Source of the DNA: an uncultured Collinsella sp.
GTDB taxonomy: Bacteria > Actinomycetota > Coriobacteriia > Coriobacteriales > Coriobacteriaceae
Assembly: GCA_937896835.1 (NCBI GenBank)
Contig: CALBOJ010000075.1
Location: 5,903-69,902, forward strand
DNA length: 64,000 nt
Direction of reading: 5' to 3'
Positions 57,008 through 64,000 of this stretch are shown in pieces. The position numbers and the translations under genes were made by a program. Under the pieces are notes generated by a model. That model was not told where the DNA came from. It worked only from the letters and a program-made list of their open reading frames with translations, and did not search any database. The stretch's first letter is position 1. Each line of letters begins with the position of its first letter.

Positions 57008-57014
57008 CTTCTGC

Positions 57015-57464
57015 ATGGTTAAGATCAATCGAAAATGGGCGGTCGTAACCTGCCTGATGGCGCTCTTGATCTGGGGCAATTCGCTGGTTCCCGGCTCGGG
57101 GTCGGGCTCACTGAGCCTAACGGTCATGGAAGCTATCCGCGGTTTCCTGCACGGCGTGGGACTTCCATATGAATGGGTGACCAACTTTGTTGTTCGTAAG
57201 TGCGCGCATTTTACCGAGTATTTGGTGCTCGGCATCCTGGCAACGCACGCCTTTGATTTTGAGGGCCGACGCACCTTTGACGTGCTGCTGCCCACGGCAG
57301 TGTTCCTGCTGCTGATTCCCTCGATCGACGAGACGATTCAGCTCTTTGTGCCGGGACGCGCCGGCATGATCACCGATGTGATGATCGACTGCTGTGGAGC
57401 GGCAACGGGCGTTGTGCTCCGATATCTCTTACGGTCGCTGATGTGCGCCAAAAAGGCCGCCTAA
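57015..57464 (+). CDS. VanZ family protein
   Basis: ...RKCAHFTEYLVLGIL... and a four-TM pattern typical of VanZ-like proteins. Confidence 0.7.
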   Translation: MVKINRKWAVVTCLMALLIWGNSLVPGSGSGSLSLTVMEAIRGFLHGVGLPYEWVTNFVVRKCAHFTEYLVLGILATHAFDFEGRRTFDVLLPTAVFLLLIPSIDETIQLFVPGRAGMITDVMIDCCGAATGVVLRYLLRSLMCAKKAA

Positions 57465-57579
57465 GGACGCATTGTTTGGTCCTAGGCGGCCTTTTTTATT
57501 GGAGGGCTTATATGAGGTGTGGCGGCGTCGTTCCATAGGTCGGATTTGCCGGGTGCGCCACGCCCTGTGGGTGCGTCTG

Positions 57580-58467
57580 TTACTGAAGCGCCTGTGCGCC
57601 TAGGGCCAGGCAGCCCATGATGCCCTGCTTGCCCTCGAGGCTGTTGTTGACGATGTAGGTATCGATGTCGTTGACCTCGGGCGTGACGATATAGCCGTTG
57701 AGCATCTCGGCGCACTTCTTGCGCGCGAGCGGCACGATGGGGGTGTGGTCGGCCACGCCGCCGCCGATGACGATCTTCTGCGGCGCATAGCACAGGATGT
57801 AGGTCATGAGCGCCTGCGCCAGATAGCCGGCGAGCAGATCCATGGCCTCCGGGTCATCGGCCATGTCTCCGGCGCTCTTGCCATCCCAGCGCCTTTTAAC
57901 GCCGGGGCCGGCGATGAGGCCCTCGAGGCAGTTGTCGTGGAAGGGGCAGGCGCTGTGCTCGCCAATGGTGTCGCGCGGGTCGCGCGTGACCAGGATGTGA
58001 CCGGCCTCGGGATGCATCATGCCGTGCACGAGCTTACCGCCCGAGAGCACGCCAGCGCCCACGCCGGTACCGATGGTCAGATACACCACGTCAGTGAGGC
58101 CCTGGGCGCAACCAAAGGTGACCTCGCCCAGGCAGGCGACGTTGACGTCGGTGTCGTAGCCGCAGGGAATATTGAGCTCGTTTTGGATGGTGCCCAGCAG
58201 GTCAAAGTAGCGCCATGCCGTTTTGGGCGTCTCCAGGATCTTGCCGTATTGGGGCGAGGCGGGGTTGACTGCGGTGGGGCCAAAGGCGCCGATGCCCAGC
58301 GCGGCGATGCCCTTGTTCGCAAACCATGCGTTGACGGCCTCGACGGTCTCCTGCGGGGTCGTGGTCGCGATCTGCTCGCACTCCAGGACCATACCGTCTG
58401 CATAGCCCGTGGCGCAGACCATCTTGGTGCCGCCGGCCTCGAGCGCTCCGATAAGCTGCTCTGCCAT
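57580..58467 (-). CDS. ROK family sugar kinase (fructokinase/glucokinase-like)
   Basis: N-terminal ALEAGGTKMVCA and LTIGTGVGAG, plus a Cys/His zinc motif region. ATG at 58467 after GAGAGGAA. Confidence 0.8.
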   Translation of the reverse strand: MAEQLIGALEAGGTKMVCATGYADGMVLECEQIATTTPQETVEAVNAWFANKGIAALGIGAFGPTAVNPASPQYGKILETPKTAWRYFDLLGTIQNELNIPCGYDTDVNVACLGEVTFGCAQGLTDVVYLTIGTGVGAGVLSGGKLVHGMMHPEAGHILVTRDPRDTIGEHSACPFHDNCLEGLIAGPGVKRRWDGKSAGDMADDPEAMDLLAGYLAQALMTYILCYAPQKIVIGGGVADHTPIVPLARKKCAEMLNGYIVTPEVNDIDTYIVNNSLEGKQGIMGCLALGAQALQ

Positions 58468-58604
58468 AGTATTCCTCTCTGGGACGAGTTGCTCCGTGAC
58501 TAAAGTATAGCGCTCAAAAAAATAAATGAGGTCGCTATAAAAAGAAACCTCGTGGCCCAACGGGTTCACGAGGTTTCTTTAGTGCCTTTAGTTACTGACC
58601 GTCC

Positions 58605-59786
58605 TTACCCGCGCGGTTCGATTTTATCACGCAGAGACTTGAGGTTCTCCAGTGCCGCGTTAAGCGTCTCGTCTCGTTTGGCAAAGTGGAAACGAATCAG
58701 ATGGTTGACGGGCTCGCGGAAGAAGCTCGAGCCGGGCACGGCGCCCACGCCCACCTTGGAGGCCAAATCCTCGCAGAAGTCGAGGTCGCTGTTATAGCCA
58801 AACTCCGAGATATCCATCATCACGTAGTAGGCGCCCTGCGGCACGTTGTGCGTGAGTCCGATGCTGTCGAGTCCCTGACAGAATAGGTCGCGCTTGGCGG
58901 TGTAGAGGTCGAGGACCTCCTGGTAATAGCTGTCGTCGAAGTTGAGGGCGGTGACGACGGCCTCTTGCAGGGGAGCGGCGGCGCCCACGGTGAGGAAGTC
59001 GTGAACCTTTTTGATGCGCTCGGTGATTTCGGCAGGAGCGATGGTGTAGCCCAGGCGCCAGCCGGTGATGGAGTAGGTCTTGGATAGCGAGCTGCAACTG
59101 ATGGTGCGCTCAAACATGCCGGGCAGCGTGGCCATGTACACGTGCTCGTGGGGCGCGTAGACGATGTGCTCGTAGACCTCGTCGGTGATGCAGTAGGCGT
59201 CATACTTTTTGCACAGGTCGGCGATAAGGGTGAGCTCCTCGCGGGTAAAGACCTTGCCGCAGGGGTTGGACGGGTTGCATAGAACGATCGCCTTGGGATC
59301 GTTGTCGCGGAAGGCCGCCTCCAGGACCTCACGGTCAAAGTCAAAGGTGGGCGGGTTGAGCGGCACGTAGATAGGCTCCGCACCCGAAAGGATCGTGTCG
59401 GCGCCGTAGTTCTCGTAGAATGGCGAGAAGATGACGACCTTGTCGCCGGGGTTCGTGACCGTCATCATGGCGGCCATCATGGCCTCGGTGGAGCCGCAGG
59501 TGACCACGATGTTCTCGTTGGGGTTGATCGGCATGCCCATAAAGTGCTCCTGCTTGGCGGCAAGCGCCTCGCGCATGGCCTGGGAGCCCCAGGTGATGGA
59601 GTACTGGTGGTAAAGCGGCTTGGGGTCGGTGGCAATGGTGCTGAGGCTATCGAGCAGCTGCGCCGGGGGATCGAAATCGGGGAAGCCCTGCGACAGGTTG
59701 ACGGCACCATACTTGTTGGAGATGCGCGTCATGCGGCGGATGACCGAATCGGTAAACGCCGCCGTGCGGTTGGAGAGTTCTTTCAT
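58605..59786 (-). CDS. Pyridoxal-phosphate-dependent aminotransferase (class I/II)
   Basis: ...NLSQGFPDFDPP... and SLSKTYSITGWRLGY (PLP-lysine motif). ATG at 59786 after GAAAGGA. Confidence 0.85.
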   Translation of the reverse strand: MKELSNRTAAFTDSVIRRMTRISNKYGAVNLSQGFPDFDPPAQLLDSLSTIATDPKPLYHQYSITWGSQAMREALAAKQEHFMGMPINPNENIVVTCGSTEAMMAAMMTVTNPGDKVVIFSPFYENYGADTILSGAEPIYVPLNPPTFDFDREVLEAAFRDNDPKAIVLCNPSNPCGKVFTREELTLIADLCKKYDAYCITDEVYEHIVYAPHEHVYMATLPGMFERTISCSSLSKTYSITGWRLGYTIAPAEITERIKKVHDFLTVGAAAPLQEAVVTALNFDDSYYQEVLDLYTAKRDLFCQGLDSIGLTHNVPQGAYYVMMDISEFGYNSDLDFCEDLASKVGVGAVPGSSFFREPVNHLIRFHFAKRDETLNAALENLKSLRDKIEPRG

Positions 59787-59949
59787 GCCTATCCTTTCGA
59801 GCATTGGGTGGAGCAAGTTTACTCCTATGGAACCGGTGGGATTTGCTCGAAACGGGCTCGAAAAACTCTTTTCAAAATTCTTGAAAATTGGGGCTTGCAT
59901 CGCGTGGCGTTCCTTGCAATAATAGTCGAGCGCGAAGCGCACAGGACAC

Positions 59950-60027
59950 GGTGGGTGTAGCTCAGTTGGCTAGAGCGACGGGTTGTGGTCCCGTAGGTCG
60001 AGGGTTCGAGTCCCTTTACCCACCCCA
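59950..60027 (+). tRNA. tRNA-His (anticodon GTG) with encoded G-1 and CCA
   Basis: Hand-folded cloverleaf with anticodon loop ttGTGgt. G-1 pairs with C73. Confidence 0.85.
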
Positions 60028-60049
60028 GTTCTTGCTTCGTGTTGATATC

Positions 60050-60125
60050 GGGTCGTTAGCTCAGTTGGTAGAGCAGGGGACTCTTAATCCCAAGGTCCAG
60101 GGTTCGACCCCCTGACGGCCCACCA
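60050..60125 (+). tRNA. tRNA-Lys (anticodon CTT), copy 1, CCA encoded
   Basis: Hand-folded cloverleaf with anticodon loop ctCTTaa. Confidence 0.85.
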
Positions 60126-60168
60126 CACGATATCTCCTCTAAAGTCCGCTACGACGGACTTTAGCTTT

Positions 60169-60244
60169 GGGTCGTTAGCTCAGTTGGTAGAGCAGGGGAC
60201 TCTTAATCCCAAGGTCCAGGGTTCGACCCCCTGACGGCCCACCA
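60169..60244 (+). tRNA. tRNA-Lys (anticodon CTT), copy 2, identical to copy 1
   Basis: The 76 nt are identical to 60050-60125. The two copies are separated by the hairpin ctaaagtccg..cggactttag. Confidence 0.85.
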
Positions 60245-60253
60245 AAGATTGTT

Positions 60254-60286
60254 AAGACGGTCAACTTCGGTTGGCCGTCTTTTTTA
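60254..60286 (+). terminator. Intrinsic terminator after the tRNA cluster
   Basis: aagacggtcaac ttcg gttggccgtctt followed by TTTTT. Confidence 0.8.
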
Positions 60287-60327
60287 TTAACCTCGCATGA
60301 GGCCGAACCCGTAAGGGCACAGACGCT

Positions 60328-61188
60328 TTACAAGTCGAGCCTGCCCTGGGGGTCGGTGAATCCGTCTGTACCCTCCTTGAGCTTTTTCTCGTCTTCTTTC
60401 ACGCGACGTTCGAGCTTCTTTGTATCTTCGGCAGGCGGTAGGTTCTCGGGTACAATTCCGCGGTCGATGAGGCTGCCACGCACGCTTGTGTTGTTCTCGA
60501 CGTGCTCTTGCTTGATCTTGTCCAGACCGTACAGGTCGTGTTCCTCGGCGTTGAAGGCCGTCATCGAGTTCGTAAGGTCCTTTGCTTTGATGAGGACATC
60601 GGCTAACCTGTCCGCCAATGCCGCGCTCTTGGGTATGCCGAGCTGCTGCTTCATTTCCGCCGTGCTTCTGCCGCCGAATAACGCTTCATCGCCCTTCGAC
60701 TTGATGATCGCGAATCCTTTGGAGTCCACGCCGCGTTTGAATGCAATACCCGAGAGCTGTTTCTCTGAATCGGATAGCGAGTGGCGCGCCTGTAAGCGCT
60801 GAATCTCTGCGAAGCGCTGCTCTATGAGCTCTTGGCGGCGCGTCTGCACGGCAAAGTATGCTTGGGCGAGTGCAATCTCTGGCTTGTTTGAATCTCCGTT
60901 CTGGGCGATTAAATAGCATGCATAGCGCGTAAGCTTGTAGTCTTTAACCGCACGAGCGGCGACACCGGCAGTTACCATTTTCGTGGTGTCACGAAAATGG
61001 GAATCAACTGGAGTTTTATTTGTTTCGCACGAGACTTTTGCCCTCTTAACAACTTCGGCGAAGTTCTCCCATCGAGTGTATCCCATGGGTTCCATTAAAT
61101 CGCGTGCGAGCCAATACTCAACGCCGTCTTCCACATTGGCGTAGCTATCAAGTTTGACACGCCACTTCTCGATATCTCTACTGTCCAT
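60328..61188 (-). CDS. dinD: DNA-damage-inducible protein D (DinD-like, BRO-N-type N-terminal domain)
   Basis: N-terminal ...EYWLARDLMEPMGYTRWENFAEVVKRAK... and ...YFAVQTRRQEL... match the DinD family as I recall it. Lower GC than its neighbours. SD GAGGAGGAG. Confidence 0.7.
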   Translation of the reverse strand: MDSRDIEKWRVKLDSYANVEDGVEYWLARDLMEPMGYTRWENFAEVVKRAKVSCETNKTPVDSHFRDTTKMVTAGVAARAVKDYKLTRYACYLIAQNGDSNKPEIALAQAYFAVQTRRQELIEQRFAEIQRLQARHSLSDSEKQLSGIAFKRGVDSKGFAIIKSKGDEALFGGRSTAEMKQQLGIPKSAALADRLADVLIKAKDLTNSMTAFNAEEHDLYGLDKIKQEHVENNTSVRGSLIDRGIVPENLPPAEDTKKLERRVKEDEKKLKEGTDGFTDPQGRLDL

Positions 61189-61349
61189 ATCTCCTCCTCG
61201 CTGGTCTATTGTCTATGCAGGCTTTGCACGCTCTGTATTCGGAATAAGGATACGCTGCCGTGCGGACACGAATGGGCCCCGTGCCACTTCGAGCTCACGG
61301 GGCCCATAGATATCGATTAGTTGTGTTCTGCTTTAGATAGGTGTCCAGT

Positions 61350-62876
61350 TTAATTCGCTCGATAGTGCGAGCCCAGGCTTTCGGTTCGGTTGCGCATGGC
61401 TTTGACCATTTCCTGTGCTAGTTGAATCTGCGACTGTATGCGGGCGAGCGCAGCGATTTCGCTGTCGTTGGCATGCGGCTTATTTAGAGCTGTGGCATCA
61501 TCTTGAATGTTTTCAAGCTCGTGTAGTGCCTCGGATAGGCCTGTTTCGGTCCTGTTGATCATGCAATAGGTGCTCATCGTGTGCCTTAGGCTGTGTGTCA
61601 GGCGTTCGGCATCTGTTGCGGCTATGCCGTACTGGGGGAGGGCGATATCCGCCTTCAGGGCTGTCTCGGGCTCTTTCTGTGCTGCTTGGGCTGCCGATGC
61701 GCCTGCGATGCGCCCGAACACGATGCCGTTGGCGCTTGACAAGCCACCAATGCGGTCGGCGCCGTGCATGCCGCCTGTCGCCTCGCCGCAAGCGTAGAGG
61801 CCCTCAACGCCCGTTTGCGCGGTCTTATCGATCTTGATGCCGCCGTTAGCGGCGTGGGCATACATCGCAACGCGCATCTCGTCAGTCGGGGCGATGCCGT
61901 GCTCGTCTTGCAGCCAGGTGGCAAAGGTCTGCACAAACTCTGGGACATCCTCGCGGGGAAAGTCGTAGTGGAGTGCCAGGCCTTCGACACCTGCCTGATC
62001 GATGACGAGATCGATGGCGCTGGAAGCCAGGCGCGAAGTGAAGGGACCGTATCCGGAGCGTTGCTCAAGCAGGTCGTCCAGCTTGTCGTCGGCAATATCT
62101 ACCGGCTGGTCTACATGTACGTAGCGCCAGGTTTTCTCGTTGAAGACCAGGTTGCGCTTGGGCTCGATGAAACCGGGCATCATCTGCATGAACTCTATAT
62201 TAGTAAGTGTTGCGCCGTGCGCCAGCGCGATGGCCTGCGAGGAGCTGAGCACATCAGCCGACGTAAGGCTGCGCTCGAACAGGCCGCCTGTGCCACCGGT
62301 TGCGATGATCGTGGCCTTGGCAGCAAAGGGCACGATTCGATTTTCGGTGAGGTCGTAGAGCACGGTTCCGGTTATTCTACCGTTCGTGTCCTCAACAAGG
62401 TCGATAAGCTCATAGCGGGGGAGCAGGCGAATGCCGAGTGACTCGATTCGGGCTGTCAGAGCGTCCTCAAGGGGTTTGCGGGTGAGGCCGCGCCACATGC
62501 GCGTCTTGTGGTCAAAGCAGGGGATAAACTGCTTTTGCTGGGCGCTCTCGGCGCTTTGCGGACGCTGGAGCTCAACGCCCAGGTCTTGCTCGAGCCATTC
62601 AATTGCCTGGGGAATGCCGCGGACAAACGTCTGGACAAGCTCGGGGTCGGCGACGCCGCCACCAACGGTCTGGATGGTGTCGATGAGGTCTTGTTCGTCG
62701 TCTTCGTTAACGGGTCCGATAAGCCCCAGGCCCCAGGTTCCGGGGAAGAAGCTCGATCCACTCATAGTCTTGCCGGCGCTTGCCACAGTGACGGTTGCAC
62801 CCGTGCGTGCCGCTTCGATGGCGGCGCAAAGTCCCGCAATGCCAGATCCAATTACCAGTACATCAGTCGATTCCAT
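61350..62876 (-). CDS. FAD-dependent oxidoreductase (fumarate reductase/L-aspartate oxidase flavoprotein-like)
   Basis: N-terminal dinucleotide fold DVLVIGSGIAGLCAA and a later GLYACGE motif. ATG at 62876. Confidence 0.75.
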   Translation of the reverse strand: MESTDVLVIGSGIAGLCAAIEAARTGATVTVASAGKTMSGSSFFPGTWGLGLIGPVNEDDEQDLIDTIQTVGGGVADPELVQTFVRGIPQAIEWLEQDLGVELQRPQSAESAQQKQFIPCFDHKTRMWRGLTRKPLEDALTARIESLGIRLLPRYELIDLVEDTNGRITGTVLYDLTENRIVPFAAKATIIATGGTGGLFERSLTSADVLSSSQAIALAHGATLTNIEFMQMMPGFIEPKRNLVFNEKTWRYVHVDQPVDIADDKLDDLLEQRSGYGPFTSRLASSAIDLVIDQAGVEGLALHYDFPREDVPEFVQTFATWLQDEHGIAPTDEMRVAMYAHAANGGIKIDKTAQTGVEGLYACGEATGGMHGADRIGGLSSANGIVFGRIAGASAAQAAQKEPETALKADIALPQYGIAATDAERLTHSLRHTMSTYCMINRTETGLSEALHELENIQDDATALNKPHANDSEIAALARIQSQIQLAQEMVKAMRNRTESLGSHYRAN

Positions 62877-63132
62877 CGGATTCCTTTCTCGTCCGGCGCA
62901 TTGTCGCACGGGTGATCGGCAATGGGGCCGCAAAGACTCGGCAAATCGGTAAAGGGCAAATATGGCAGGTGGGCGTCATGGACGTTCTGACGCTCCGTCT
63001 CATCACATCTCGTATTTCGCCCCAACTGATATATCGGCATTAGCTGCCCTGCGACAGCGTAAACAAAAAGAGCCGCTACCCCGAAAGGCAGCGGCTCCAA
63101 AGCTCAACTATGTGAGCATCGCGCGGGCGCGA

Positions 63133-64000
63133 CTAGGCCTTGAGGGCCTCCTCGACGGCGACAGCGCAGGCGACGGTGGCACCGACCATGGGGTTATTGC
63201 CCATGCCGATGAGACCCATCATGTCGACGTGCGCAGGCACGGAGGAAGAACCGGCGAACTGGGCGTCGGAGTGCATACGGCCCATGGTGTCGGTCATGCC
63301 GTAAGAGGCAGGGCCGGCGCCCATGTTGTCCGGGTGCAGGGTACGGCCAGTGCCGCCACCAGAAGCGACGGAGAAGTACTTCTTGCCAGCCTCGAGGCGC
63401 TCCTTCTTGTAGGTGCCGGCGACGGGGTGCTGGAAGCGCGTGGGGTTGGTGGAGTTACCGGTGATCGAGATGTCGACGTTCTCGTGCCACATGATGGCAA
63501 CGCCCTCGCGGACGTCGTCGGAGCCGTAGCAGTTAACGGCAGCGCGGGGACCATCGGAGTAGGGGATGGTCTCGACGACCTTGAGCTCGCCCGTGTAGTA
63601 GTCGAACTGGGTCTTCACGTAGGTGAAGCCGTTGATGCGGGCGATGATCTGAGCGGCGTCCTTGCCCAGACCGTTGAGGATAACGCGCAGCGGCTTCTTG
63701 CGAGCCTTGTTGGCGTTCAGAGCCAGGCCGATAGCGCCCTCAGCGGCAGCGAAGGACTCGTGGCCAGCCAGGAAGGCGAAGCACTCGGTGTCGTCGGAGA
63801 GCAGCATAGCGCCCAGGTTGCCGTGGCCCAGACCGACCTTGCGGTCCTCGGCGACGGAGCCGGGAACGGTGAAGGCCTGGATGCCCTCGCCGATGATGGC
63901 GGCAGCCTCAGAAGCGGTCTTGGCGCCACGCTTGACAGCGAGAGCGCAACCGAGGGTGTAGGCCCACTCGGCGTTCTGGAAGGCGATGGACTGGGTGTTG
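63133..64000 (-). CDS. GGGtGRT protein, 5' end beyond the right window edge
   Basis: Contains the eponymous SGGGTGRT motif. By hand translation the reading frame stays open from 63807 to the window end (...AEDRKVGLGHGNLGAMLLS...). Confidence 0.8.
   Translation of the reverse strand, partial: NTQSIAFQNAEWAYTLGCALAVKRGAKTASEAAAIIGEGIQAFTVPGSVAEDRKVGLGHGNLGAMLLSDDTECFAFLAGHESFAAAEGAIGLALNANKARKKPLRVILNGLGKDAAQIIARINGFTYVKTQFDYYTGELKVVETIPYSDGPRAAVNCYGSDDVREGVAIMWHENVDISITGNSTNPTRFQHPVAGTYKKERLEAGKKYFSVASGGGTGRTLHPDNMGAGPASYGMTDTMGRMHSDAQFAGSSSVPAHVDMMGLIGMGNNPMVGATVACAVAVEEALKA

Noticed and set aside
61189-61349. SOS (LexA) box upstream of the dinD-like gene
   Set aside because: No GAAC-N4-GTTC or TCGAAC-N4-GTTCGA-type palindrome is present. 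The only structure is a GC hairpin (61283-61317), which looks like the terminator of the upstream oxidoreductase gene.

Overview
This is a high-GC chromosomal segment that looks Gram-positive, Actinomycetota/Coriobacteriia-like. That placement is inferred from gene content and codon style only and is not verified. Most of the window is housekeeping: serA-serC, pckA, trpS, pncB, proB/proA, argS, rho, and tRNA-Ala/His/Lys/Lys. It also encodes transporters, a ROK kinase, an aminotransferase, and a GGGtGRT protein that runs off the right edge.

The accessory part lies at about 10.8-28.5 kb, between serC and a K+/H+ antiporter gene. It holds a complete type 1 BREX locus (brxA-brxB-brxC-pglX-pglZ-brxL) with five unusual traits:
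1. A G10 homopolymer sits exactly at the brxA start.
2. pglX is split into two same-frame ORFs (838 aa and 322 aa) by about 1 kb of very AT-rich DNA at a domain linker.
3. That insert carries a 48-aa Lys-rich ORF and a 196-aa three-TM protein. This is the best candidate here for an undescribed BREX-nested module.
4. Two uncharacterised genes (450 aa and a 63-aa highly acidic protein) follow brxL.
5. An adjacent AT-rich single-gene DUF3800 cassette has a consensus promoter and a duplicated terminator hairpin, one copy of which lies in its leader.

Outside the island there are two intergenic repeat families: a roughly 40-bp palindromic terminator-like hairpin (at least 7 close copies) and a roughly 27-bp GGGGACGTTCC-type unit (3 loci). 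There are also two long inverted-repeat pairs, and Rho carries a roughly 430-aa low-complexity N-terminal extension.

No rRNA, CRISPR array, transposase or integrase was seen. All family assignments come from motif recognition by eye; no searches were run.
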